Source of the DNA: Anaerolineae bacterium
Lineage (GTDB): Bacteria; Chloroflexota; Anaerolineae; UBA1429
Assembly: GCA_963675785.1 (NCBI GenBank)
Contig: OY776562.1
Span: forward strand, 800,001-864,000
DNA: 64,000 bases
Direction: 5' to 3'
Shown: positions 20,450-30,946 of the stretch, piece by piece
Layout of the letters: each line of letters begins with the position of its first letter
Numbering within the stretch: the stretch's first letter is position 1
Notes under the pieces: generated by a model
Database searches by the model: none
What the model was told of the DNA's origin: nothing
The model's input: only the letters and a program-made list of their open reading frames with translations
Made by a program: the position numbers and the translations under genes

Positions 20450-20526
20450 GTTTTCACCCCTTACAATAATGCCCATCACTATAACATTTCCCTCCCGCTC
20501 TTCCAAGATGGACTAGTTATGTGATT

Positions 20527-20555
20527 TGACACATCTCTCTCGCCATGTTATGCTC
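20527..20555 (+). promoter_or_regulatory. sigma70 promoter of the lys operon
   Basis: TTGACA-N17-TATGCT with extended -10 TG. Confidence 0.75.
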
Positions 20556-20599
20556 GTTGCTATTGATGCGATCGCGTTTGACGCGAATGAGGTGCTAGA

Positions 20600-20701
20600 T
20601 TGTCTCCTGACAACAACGCCACATCCGAGAGGTCTTATTGGCTCAATGCCGACCTCTCCAAGAAAAGCAAGTCGAAGAAGCCGGACCCCTGGTCTGGATA
20701 G
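20600..20701 (+). CDS. Lysine-rich attenuator leader peptide (33 aa)
   Basis: GAGGTG SD, TTG start: MSPDNNATSERSYWLNADLSKKSKSKKPDPWSG*. Five of seven codons at 20660-20680 encode Lys. Confidence 0.8.
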   Translation: MSPDNNATSERSYWLNADLSKKSKSKKPDPWSG

Positions 20702-20728
20702 GCTTGCTCGCATCAGAAAAAGGAATCG

Positions 20729-20766
20729 AGCGGCTCTCCCCGGATCAGGGGAGGGCCGCTTTTGTT
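20729..20766 (+). terminator. Attenuator terminator
   Basis: 13-bp stem AGCGGCTCTCCCC/GGGGAGGGCCGCT followed by TTTGTT, upstream of lysW. Confidence 0.85.
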
Positions 20767-20840
20767 GTGTAGCCCTGTGCTACCTGCAATGCACCTAACC
20801 CCTGCCGGTGAGAGTCCCACTCAACAAGGAGCTGAGACTC

Positions 20841-22151
<1,311 letters not shown>

Positions 22152-22152
<1 letters not shown>

Positions 22153-23402
22153 TGACCCATCAGACTATGGCGGAACAGATTTTGTCCCATGCCGTGGGAC
22201 ATCCCGTCACCCCGGGAGAGCTGGTTATCGTCGATGTGGATTGCTGCATGAGCCACGATTCGTTGACCCCCGAGGTCATCGGCGTGCTGCGCGATATCCT
22301 TCACGTCGAGCGCATCCATGATCCCTCGCGGGTGGCTGTCATCATGGATCACGTGGCCCCGGCGGCCACAGTGGCTACCGCCAATGCTCAGGTGTTAGTG
22401 CGCGAATGGGTTGCCGAGCAGGGCATCACCTCCTTTTACGATGTGGGCTGCGGCGTTTGCCATCAGGTCATGATCGAAGAAGACCTGGTCGAGCCCGGCC
22501 AAATCGCCTTGGGCACCGATTCCCACGCCACCTCTTACGGCTCGGTGGGTGCCTTTGGCACTGGCGTGGGCACTCGCGATATGGCTCTGGCGCTGGCCAG
22601 CGGTCAAATCTGGCTGCGCGTGCCCACCACCATCCTGGTACGCGTCAGCGGACGTTTTAATCCCGGCGTCAGTCCCAAGGATCTCAGCCTCTATCTCTGC
22701 GGTCTGCTGGGTTTGGATGGCGCCACCTACGAGGCCGTCGAGTTCCACGGCTTGGATTGGCTGCCCCTGGATGGCCGCGAGACCCTGGCTTCCATGACCA
22801 CCGAACTGGGCGCCAAAGTTGGTCTGGTGCCGCCCTTTGGTCCTGCTGCCGCCCATCTCAATGTGCCCGAATGGCTCCACGTCGATGAAGAGGCCATCTA
22901 CAGCCGCATCATCGATATCGATCTCGCCACGCTAGAGCCGCAAGTGTCCATCCCGCCCGAGGTCGACCATGTGCGTCTGGCCTCCGAGTTGGGCGATGTG
23001 GCCGTCAATCAGGTCTTTATCGGCACCTGCACCAACGGCCGCCTCACTGATCTGCGCGCTGCCGCAGACATTCTGCGTGGGCAGCATGTGGCTGCTGGCG
23101 TGCGTCTGCTGGTGATTCCCGCTTCTCACCGCATTCTCCAAGATGCCATCGCTGAGGGCGTCCTGCAAGACCTGCTGGCTGCTGGAGCCACCATTGGCAC
23201 GCCGGGTTGCGGTCCCTGCATCGGTCGCCACATGGGCGTCATCGGTGCTGGCGAAGTTTGCCTTTCTACCGCCAACCGCAATTTCCGCGGGCGTATGGGC
23301 GATCCTGAAGGGCTCATCTATCTCAGCTCGCCCGAGACGGCGGCTGCTTCGGCCCTTACCGGCCGCATCACCGATCCGCGAACCCTCCGGGGAGGGGAAT
23401 GA
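22152..23402 (+). CDS. lysT: Homoaconitase large subunit
   Basis: DH, GVCHQ, DSH, IGTCTNGR, CGPCIG, NRNFRGRMG; operon context. Confidence 0.9.
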
Positions 23403-23403
23403 C

Positions 23404-23919
23404 ATGACCAGAATATGGATGTTTGGTGATGATGTGGACACCGACCAGATTCTGCCCGGTCGTTACGCCCCTTATATGACCTCCGAGGCCGAGCTGTCCA
23501 AGTATCCCTTTATCGAGGCTCGTCCCGAGTTCGCCGGCCAGGTGGTCCGTGGCGATGTGATCGTGGCTGGCAAGAACTTTGGCTGTGGTTCCAGCCGCGA
23601 ATACGCCCCGCGAGCCCTCTACATGGTGGGCCTGGGTGCCGTGATTGCCCCCAGTTTCTCCCGTATCTTTTACCGCAACGCTCTGAACCTGGGCTTGCCC
23701 CTCTTTGAGGCTGACCTGACTGACCAGGTCAGCGATGGCGATGAAGCCGTTCTCATCTTGGATCGTTTCGAGCTGTTGGTTGGCGATCGCTGCATTGCCC
23801 TGCCTGCGCCTGCCCCCTGGGTGCGCGAGGTCTGGGAGAATGGCGGTATCCTGGCCTATTACGCCCGTTATGGTCGTTTCCCCGTGGGAGAACGCACATG
23901 TCACACCACATCTGCTTGA
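23404..23919 (+). CDS. lysU: Homoaconitase small subunit
   Basis: DVDTDQILPGRY, NFGCGSSREYAP, IFYRNA.N.GLP. Confidence 0.9.
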   Translation: MTRIWMFGDDVDTDQILPGRYAPYMTSEAELSKYPFIEARPEFAGQVVRGDVIVAGKNFGCGSSREYAPRALYMVGLGAVIAPSFSRIFYRNALNLGLPLFEADLTDQVSDGDEAVLILDRFELLVGDRCIALPAPAPWVREVWENGGILAYYARYGRFPVGERTCHTTSA

Positions 23920-24905
23920 TCCCCGGCGACGGTATCGGTCTGGAGGTCATCCCTGCCGCCCGCGAGGTGCTGGAGGCCATGAACTTGGACCTGACCTTCT
24001 CCAACGCCGAGGCTGGCTGGGCTACCTTTGAGCGTCTGGGCACGGCCCTCCCCGAGGAGACCGTTGAGGCTGTACGCACGTCCGATGCTTGCCTCTTTGG
24101 CGCCGTTTCTTCGCCCCTCAGCCCGGTGCAGGGTTATTCCAGCCCCATCGTGGGCTTGCGTCGCCGTTTGGATCTCTACGCCAACCTGCGCCCGGTGCTC
24201 TCTCAGCCCCTGCCCGGCTCTTGTGTGGGCATCGACATGCTCATTGTTCGCGAGAACAGCGAGGGGCTTTACGGTGGTGCTGAGACCCGCACGTCCGAGC
24301 GCGCTACCACCGAACGGGTCATCACGCGTGCTGCTTCTGAGCGCATCGTCGATCTCGCCTTCCAGCAGGCTGCTCAGCGTCGCGGCCTGGTTACCATCGT
24401 ACACAAGGCCAACGTGCTTCGTGCTACCTGCGGCCTTTTCCGCGAGACCGCCTTTGAGGTAGCCGCCCGCTATCCCCACATCCAGGTCGAAGAGATGCTG
24501 GTCGATGCCGCTGCCATGCGTCTCATCACCTATCCCCAGCGTTTCGATGTCATCGTCACCACCAATTTGTTTGGCGACATTCTCTCCGACGAGGCCGCGG
24601 CTCTGGTGGGCGGATTGGGATTAGCCCCCTCGGGCAACGTGGGCTTGAACGCGGCGGTGTTCGAACCTGTGCACGGCTCTGCGCCCGATATCGCTGGTCA
24701 GGGCATCGCCAATCCCTGCGCGGCGCTGTCTGCTGCTGCCATGATGTTGGATCATCTGCACGAAATCGAGGCGGCCGCGCGTTTGCGTGCTGCTTTGCAT
24801 CAGGTCATCGAGAACGGCCCCCGCACGCCCGATCTGGGTGGCGAGGCCACCACATGTCAGGTTGTGGATGCTGTACTGCGTTCTCTGGAAGAGAGGGAAT
24901 CATGA
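23898..24905 (+). CDS. hicd: Homoisocitrate dehydrogenase
   Basis: [43 protein letters not shown]; operon context. Confidence 0.88.
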   Translation: MSHHICLIPGDGIGLEVIPAAREVLEAMNLDLTFSNAEAGWATFERLGTALPEETVEAVRTSDACLFGAVSSPLSPVQGYSSPIVGLRRRLDLYANLRPVLSQPLPGSCVGIDMLIVRENSEGLYGGAETRTSERATTERVITRAASERIVDLAFQQAAQRRGLVTIVHKANVLRATCGLFRETAFEVAARYPHIQVEEMLVDAAAMRLITYPQRFDVIVTTNLFGDILSDEAAALVGGLGLAPSGNVGLNAAVFEPVHGSAPDIAGQGIANPCAALSAAAMMLDHLHEIEAAARLRAALHQVIENGPRTPDLGGEATTCQVVDAVLRSLEERES

Positions 24906-25756
24906 GAGTCGGAATGCTGCTGTCCCGGGTGCGTGTAGAGGAAAAGCTGCTCATTCAGGCTTTTGCCGATCGCGGTATCGAATTGGACTTGATCGACGAT
25001 CGCGAATTGATACTCGATGTGGGCGATCCCACACCATTTACCAGTTATGACGTCGTCGTCGAGCGCTGCATCACCCATTCACGCGCTCTGTACACCCTGG
25101 AAGTGCTGAACAGCTGGGGCATTCCCACTGTCAATACCTTTGAGGTAGCCAACGTCTGCGGTAACAAGCTCTCTACCACGCGGGCCCTGTTCGCCAATGG
25201 CGTGCCTTCACCACGCACCATGCTGGCCTACACGCCCGAATCGGCCCTCGTGGCCATCGAGCAGATGGGCTATCCCGTGGTGCTCAAGCCGGCTGTGGGT
25301 TCTTGGGGGCGGCTCATCGCCAAAGTCAACGATCGCGAGGCCGCTGAGGCTATTCTGGAGCACAAAGCCACTTTGGGCTCTTATCAGCACTCGATCTTTT
25401 ACATCCAGGAGTATATCGACAAGCCGCAGCGCGATATCCGCACCTTTGTGGTGGGTGATGAGACCATCGCCGGTATCTATCGCCATTCCGAGCACTGGAT
25501 TACCAACACGGCGCGCGGTGGTCGGGCTGAGAACTGCCCCATCACCCCCGAAATCGACGATCTCTCGCGTCGGGCGGCTGAGGCCGTGGGGGGCGGTGTG
25601 GTTGCTATCGACATTCTCGAACGGGCTTCGGGTGAGCTGCTGGTCAACGAGGTCAATTACACCATGGAGTTCCGCAACAGCATCGATACAACCGGTGTCA
25701 ACATCCCCGCCCGGGTGGTGGATTACGTCCTGGCTGTGGGAAGGAGAGAAGCATGA
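24902..25756 (+). CDS. lysX: Alpha-aminoadipate--LysW ligase
   Basis: [30 protein letters not shown]. Confidence 0.95.
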   Translation: MRVGMLLSRVRVEEKLLIQAFADRGIELDLIDDRELILDVGDPTPFTSYDVVVERCITHSRALYTLEVLNSWGIPTVNTFEVANVCGNKLSTTRALFANGVPSPRTMLAYTPESALVAIEQMGYPVVLKPAVGSWGRLIAKVNDREAAEAILEHKATLGSYQHSIFYIQEYIDKPQRDIRTFVVGDETIAGIYRHSEHWITNTARGGRAENCPITPEIDDLSRRAAEAVGGGVVAIDILERASGELLVNEVNYTMEFRNSIDTTGVNIPARVVDYVLAVGRREA

Positions 25757-26817
25757 GTCCTATCACTGCTTCCATCGTTGGTGCTTCTGGTTATGTCGGC
25801 GGAGAGCTGTTGCGGTTGCTTTTGTCTCACCCCGAGGTCGAGATCAGGCAGGCCACTTCCGAGCGTCAGGCTGGGCGCTATGTCTATGCCACCCATCCCA
25901 ATCTGCGCGGTCACACGGCGCTCAAATACGTCACCATGGCCGAGCTAGAGCCTTGCAATGTGCTCTTTTGCGCGCTGCCCCACGGTCAAACCATGCGTCG
26001 CATCGCTCAATTGGACACCCTGGCTGACTATATCGTCGATCTCTCGGCTGATTTTCGTCTGCACGATACCGCCCTCTATGAGCGCTGGTACGGCGAGCCC
26101 CATGCCGCGCCCGAATGGTTGGATCGTTTCGTCTATGGCCTGCCCGAGATCAATCGCGAGCGCATTCGCGGCGCTCACTATGTTAGCGGTGTGGGTTGTA
26201 ACGCCACTGCCACGAACTTGGCCCTCTGGCCTCTCTTTCAGCAGGGGGTGGTCGATACAGAGCGCGGTGTGATTGTCGAGGTCAAGGCGGGTTCTTCTGA
26301 AAGCGGTGCGGAGACCACGCCTTCTTCCCATCATCCCGATCGTAGCGGGGCCGTGCGTTCTTTTGCCCCCACCGGCCACCGCCACACCGCCGAAGTGGTG
26401 CAGGCTCTTTCGGCAGAGGGTCAGGTGCCCGTGCACATGTCCGTGACGGCCATCGAAATGGTGCGTGGTGTGCTGGCCACGGCTCACGTCTTTGTTCGCC
26501 CCCAGGCTTTGGCCGAGGGCTTTGCCCTCAAGGATCTCTGGAAGGCTTATCGTGGCGTTTATGGTGATGAGCCTTTTGTGCGCCTGGTGCGCGAACGCCA
26601 GGGCGTCTATCGCTACCCCGAACCCAAGATATTGGCCGGCAGTAATCACGCCGACGTGGGCTTTGATTATGATGAGACCACTGGCCGCATCGTCGCTATC
26701 TGCGCCATCGACAATCTGATGAAGGGCGCTGCGGGTACGGCGGTGCAGTGCATGAATTTGATGCTGAGCCTGCCAGAGACTGCTGGCCTCGGTTTTTCCG
26801 GCCTTCATCCGGCCTAG
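25753..26817 (+). CDS. lysY: [LysW]-aminoadipyl-phosphate reductase
   Basis: [37 protein letters not shown]. Confidence 0.93.
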   Translation: MSPITASIVGASGYVGGELLRLLLSHPEVEIRQATSERQAGRYVYATHPNLRGHTALKYVTMAELEPCNVLFCALPHGQTMRRIAQLDTLADYIVDLSADFRLHDTALYERWYGEPHAAPEWLDRFVYGLPEINRERIRGAHYVSGVGCNATATNLALWPLFQQGVVDTERGVIVEVKAGSSESGAETTPSSHHPDRSGAVRSFAPTGHRHTAEVVQALSAEGQVPVHMSVTAIEMVRGVLATAHVFVRPQALAEGFALKDLWKAYRGVYGDEPFVRLVRERQGVYRYPEPKILAGSNHADVGFDYDETTGRIVAICAIDNLMKGAAGTAVQCMNLMLSLPETAGLGFSGLHPA

Positions 26818-26826
26818 GAGGTAAAT

Positions 26827-27630
26827 ATGCTGGTTATCAAAGTGGGCGGCAGCGAGGGCATTGATCTGGATGCCGTATGTGATGATGTGGCCGCGCTGGT
26901 GAATGCTGGCCAGGAACTGGTGTTGGTGCACGGCGGCAGCCATCGCACCAACGTGGTTTCCGAACAGCTGGGTCATCCGGCCGAATTTGTCACATCAGAG
27001 AGCGGGTTTACCAGTCGACGTACCGATAGGGGTACCATTCGGATCTTTGAAATGGTATACTGCGGCGAGGTAAACAAAGGCATCGTTGAGCGCCTTCAAG
27101 GTAGGGGCGTCAATGCGGTGGGCTTGTCGGGTCTCGACGGCCGCCTGCTCGAAGGGAATCGCAAGGCTGCGATTCGTATCGTGCAGAACGGCCGTCGTCG
27201 CGTTTTAAGGGACGATTACACCGGTACCGTTGAGACGGTGAACGTCGATCTCTTGCGCTTGTTGATGGGTGCTGGCTATACACCGGTGGTAACCCCGCCG
27301 GCTATCAGCACGGAGAACGAGGCCATCAACGTCGATGGTGATCGCGCTGCTGCACGCATTGCTGCTGCGTTGCGGGCCGATACGCTGGTCATTCTCTCCA
27401 ACGTGCCTGGCTTGTTGGCCAACTATCCCGACGAGGACAGCCTGATAGCTCATGTGGACGCGGCACGCGCCGAGCAGGCTATGGAACATGCTCAGGGGCG
27501 TATGCGCATCAAGGTATTGGGAGCTGCTGAGGCCATCCGTGACGGCGTAGGCCGGGTGATATTTGGCGATGCACGAATCAAAGAGCCGGTGCAGCGGGCA
27601 TTGGCCGGACGTGGTACTGTAATAGAGTAG
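26827..27630 (+). CDS. lysZ: [LysW]-aminoadipate kinase
   Basis: VIKVGGS, VHGGS, SRRTD, NVDGDRAAA. Confidence 0.95.
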   Translation: MLVIKVGGSEGIDLDAVCDDVAALVNAGQELVLVHGGSHRTNVVSEQLGHPAEFVTSESGFTSRRTDRGTIRIFEMVYCGEVNKGIVERLQGRGVNAVGLSGLDGRLLEGNRKAAIRIVQNGRRRVLRDDYTGTVETVNVDLLRLLMGAGYTPVVTPPAISTENEAINVDGDRAAARIAAALRADTLVILSNVPGLLANYPDEDSLIAHVDAARAEQAMEHAQGRMRIKVLGAAEAIRDGVGRVIFGDARIKEPVQRALAGRGTVIE

Positions 27631-27642
27631 TGGGAGAGCGGC

Positions 27643-28815
27643 ATGAGTGAGTTCAACACAGTTGCCATCGAGGATCAGTATAGCAGCGGCGTAACCGCCC
27701 ATCACCCCATCACCATCGCTCGGGGTAGCGGTCCCTATTTGTGGGATGACCAGGGCAACCGCTATATCGACTGCGTGGCCGGCTATGGCACGGCCAACGT
27801 CGGGCATTGTCATCCCAAGGTCACGGCGGCCATTCAAAAGCAAGCGGCTGAACTCGTGGTTTGCCCCGGCTGTCAATACAACGAAACCAGGGCCAGGTTG
27901 CTTGAAAAGCTGGTCGAGTTGGCCCCGGGAGATATCGACCGTGTCTATCTTGGCAACTCGGGCACCGAGTCGGTTGAGGCGGCGCTAAAGTTCGCCCGTC
28001 TTTCTACCGGTCGCCAGGGTATCATCGCCACCAAGCGGGCCTTCCACGGCCGTTCTATGGGTTCGCTTTCCGCCACCTGGGAAGCCAAATATCGTGATCC
28101 CTATCTCCCGCTGGTGCCCGGCTTTTCCCATGTCACCTATAACGACATCGAGGCCATGGATGCGGCCATTACCGATGAGACCGCGGGTGTCATCCTTGAG
28201 ATAGTGCAGGGCGAGGGCGGTATTTATCTCGGTGATGGCGATTATTTGCGCGCTGTGCAGCAAATGTGCCGTGACCGCGGTGCCATGTTCATCGTCGATG
28301 AAGTACAGACTGGCTGTGGTCGCACTGGCCGTTTCTTCGCCTCTGAGCACTACGACCTGGAGCCGGATATGATCTGTCTGGCCAAGTCCTTGGCTGGCGG
28401 CGTGCCCATTGGTGCCACCCTTGTTGGTCCTCGTGTCGAGAACCTGAGCCCCAGTGTGCACGGCACCACCTTTGGCGGCAACCCCTTGGCGGCTGCGGCG
28501 GCCTTGGCGGCCATTGAGGTCATCGAGGAAGAGCATCTGGCTGAGCGTGCTGAAAAGTTGGGAGTCATGGCTGTAGCGCGTCTCCAGCAAATCGAATCGC
28601 CCTTGATTCGTGAGGTGCGCGGTCTGGGCCTGATGGTAGGTGTCGATTTGCGTGTGCGCCCTGGCAAGTTCGTCAATGCCTTGCTCGATGAGGGCGTCAT
28701 GGCCCTTACCGCTGGTCACACCGTGCTCCGCCTGCTGCCCACCCTGGTCATCGGTGAGGATGACCTCATGACGGCCTGCGATGCCGTTGAGCGCGTGCTC
28801 ATGGCTGAGGAATAG
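27643..28815 (+). CDS. lysJ: [LysW]-aminoadipate semialdehyde transaminase
   Basis: NSGTES.EAA, FHGR, QGEGG, DEVQTG, LAKSLAGG, HGTTFGGNP. Confidence 0.92.
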   Translation: MSEFNTVAIEDQYSSGVTAHHPITIARGSGPYLWDDQGNRYIDCVAGYGTANVGHCHPKVTAAIQKQAAELVVCPGCQYNETRARLLEKLVELAPGDIDRVYLGNSGTESVEAALKFARLSTGRQGIIATKRAFHGRSMGSLSATWEAKYRDPYLPLVPGFSHVTYNDIEAMDAAITDETAGVILEIVQGEGGIYLGDGDYLRAVQQMCRDRGAMFIVDEVQTGCGRTGRFFASEHYDLEPDMICLAKSLAGGVPIGATLVGPRVENLSPSVHGTTFGGNPLAAAAALAAIEVIEEEHLAERAEKLGVMAVARLQQIESPLIREVRGLGLMVGVDLRVRPGKFVNALLDEGVMALTAGHTVLRLLPTLVIGEDDLMTACDAVERVLMAEE

Positions 28816-28816
28816 C

Positions 28817-29872
28817 ATGATTTTCGACGACGGTCAGGCGGTCTTGCTGCTGCAAGAGTTGGTGGGTACACCCAGCATCTCGGGTGATGAGGCCGCGGCC
28901 GTCGCCGTAGCGGTGCGTTGGATGTGCGAACTGGGCTTTGTCGCTGATGCCGATGGTGTCGGCAATGCCGTCGGTTCTCTGGGCGATGGCCCCCGTGAAT
29001 TGCTTCTCTTGGGCCACATTGATACCGTGCCTGGTCAGGTACCCATCCGTCGTGAGGGCGATCTGTTCTATGGTCGTGGTTCGGTGGATGCCAAGGGCCC
29101 TCTATCCGCCTTTATCGCTGCCGTGGGGCGTCTCGGTGCCTTGCCTGGATTGCGTCTCACCGTGGTGGGTGCTGTTGAAGAGGAAGCGGCCACTTCGCGT
29201 GGTGCCCGTTATCTGCTGGATCGCCACCAGCCCGAGTTCGTCATCATTGGCGAACCCAGCGGTTGGGAGAGTGTCACCCTGGGTTACAAGGGCCGTCTGC
29301 TCATCGATTACGAGCTGACGCGCGGCCTTACCCACACCGCTGGTCAGGACGTGTCTGCGGCCGAGCAGGCTTTTGCCTTTTGGCAATCCCTTTCCGCCTG
29401 GTGCGAGTCGCGCAACGCTGGTCTGGACAAGGCCTTTGACCGTATTCTGCCTTCCATTCGCACCATTACCGCTGCACCACAGGGCTTGTATGATGCGACC
29501 CATATGACCCTCAGTCTGCGCCTGCCCCCGGTCTTTGACCGCGAGGATTTTGAGGTTGCGGCTCGGGGCTGGGCTGGTGATGCTCAATTGAGTTATCGTG
29601 GTTACGAGGCGGCCTATCGCGCCAGTGCGCGCACGCCGCTAGCCAGCGCTTTTAGGGCGGCCATTCGCCAGCAGGGGGGCAGGGCTGGCACCCTGGTCAA
29701 AACCGGCACCTCGGATATGAACGTGGTTGGCCCCGTCTGGCAGTGCCCCATTCTGGCCTACGGCCCCGGTGATTCTAGCTTGGATCACACCCCCGACGAA
29801 CACATCGATCTGCGTGAGTACCTCCGCGCCATCGCCGTGCTGCAGGACGCTATCACTCGCCTCTGTTCTTGA
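28817..29872 (+). CDS. lysK: [LysW]-lysine hydrolase
   Basis: GHIDTV, GRGSVDAKG, EEE, GEPSG, KTGTSDMN, YGPGDS.LDHTP.E. Confidence 0.95.
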   Translation: MIFDDGQAVLLLQELVGTPSISGDEAAAVAVAVRWMCELGFVADADGVGNAVGSLGDGPRELLLLGHIDTVPGQVPIRREGDLFYGRGSVDAKGPLSAFIAAVGRLGALPGLRLTVVGAVEEEAATSRGARYLLDRHQPEFVIIGEPSGWESVTLGYKGRLLIDYELTRGLTHTAGQDVSAAEQAFAFWQSLSAWCESRNAGLDKAFDRILPSIRTITAAPQGLYDATHMTLSLRLPPVFDREDFEVAARGWAGDAQLSYRGYEAAYRASARTPLASAFRAAIRQQGGRAGTLVKTGTSDMNVVGPVWQCPILAYGPGDSSLDHTPDEHIDLREYLRAIAVLQDAITRLCS

Positions 29873-29890
29873 GATTTCTAGCTTTGGGTA

Positions 29891-30946
29891 TCAGGCACAA
29901 GAGTGAATCAGGTCGTTCAAGTCGATCTTGCTCGCGTTTCGCCCCAGTGAATCAAAATCTTTGTTATACAGGATCGAAGCCCATCTCACGGCGGCGTCAA
30001 TAATCTCAGTCTCTACCCCCAATCGCTTGCCCAAATGGCTCACTGGGACGCATCCCGTCTGAATGTCCTCAAAAATATAGCGCGTGTCGATATCCGTTGG
30101 CGCCAGCACGTTTTTATAAGCCTGCGTGCTCTGAATGCGTTCATAGAGGGTATTTCCCGTCGAACCATACCTCTCCTGCAGCCACTCTTTGGCGCTGGGT
30201 ACCTCCACGCCTATCGCGTTGGCCACAGCCATTCGCTCTGTGTCCATCCGCTCCAGCACATTGGCAACCAGTGGTGATATGCCCTCTATGTAGAACAAAA
30301 AATCTTCTTTTGCCTCGATGCGCGTAATGTTCATCAGGATCGGCAGGGGGTGAAAGATCATGCCGATGTTGGTCAGCCCCGTCTGCAATACGCTGTTGGC
30401 TGCTTGGATATCCCCAAAACATTCTGCCAGTAAATCTCTCAGGTAGGGCGTATCCTTGCTATTGTGCCCGGCAACACGCACCCCTTTTTTGATCTCATAG
30501 ATGATCGGTTTCCCTACCTCGGTGCAACGGCAGGTAAAGATAAAGGTATCGGTCTCGCCCAAGATGATCTTCGCCTCACAGCCTTTTCCCTTCAGCACTT
30601 GGGCAAATTCGCAGGTGCCAAAGGTACGCCCCGGGTTCAAAACGACCACCTGCCCGTCCCGCAAAAACGGAGCCATGGTCTCGGCCACTGCTGCATGGTA
30701 TTGAGCTGGCGTGGTGACCATGATCAGATAGGCATCACGCACCACCTCTCCCATGTCGCAGCTGATCAGATCGATATCGGCCGTACAGCTCACTTTGCCG
30801 CTCAGCTCAAAGCGGTTGCTCAGGAACATATCCACTCGTTCCTGCTGTCTGGCGTACAGCGAGACCGAATATCCCTCGTTTGCCAGAAACGCGGCCATGG
30901 ATTGGCCGCCGTTACCCGTACTAATGACCGCTATTTTCCTCTTCAA
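29891..30946 (-). CDS. NAD(P)-dependent opine (octopine/nopaline/CENDH-type) dehydrogenase
   Basis: Rossmann STGNGG, NPGRTFG, ETDT, TNIG.IFHP, FY.EGISP, RYIFED. Confidence 0.88.
   Translation of the reverse strand: MKRKIAVISTGNGGQSMAAFLANEGYSVSLYARQQERVDMFLSNRFELSGKVSCTADIDLISCDMGEVVRDAYLIMVTTPAQYHAAVAETMAPFLRDGQVVVLNPGRTFGTCEFAQVLKGKGCEAKIILGETDTFIFTCRCTEVGKPIIYEIKKGVRVAGHNSKDTPYLRDLLAECFGDIQAANSVLQTGLTNIGMIFHPLPILMNITRIEAKEDFLFYIEGISPLVANVLERMDTERMAVANAIGVEVPSAKEWLQERYGSTGNTLYERIQSTQAYKNVLAPTDIDTRYIFEDIQTGCVPVSHLGKRLGVETEIIDAAVRWASILYNKDFDSLGRNASKIDLNDLIHSCA

Noticed and set aside
20560-20720. Lysine riboswitch or T-box upstream of lysW (GAGGTGC, several hairpins, GATGCGA/TCGCATC closing stem)
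   Set aside because: Lacks the AGTA/GAAAGG/GCCGAA L-box elements and the T-box GGTGGNACCGCG sequence. GAGGTG is better explained as the SD of the Lys-rich uORF.
20526-20798. 90-aa Arg-rich ORF as the leader peptide
   Set aside because: It starts inside the -35 box and reads through the terminator. The KKSKSKK frame has an SD and a correctly placed stop.
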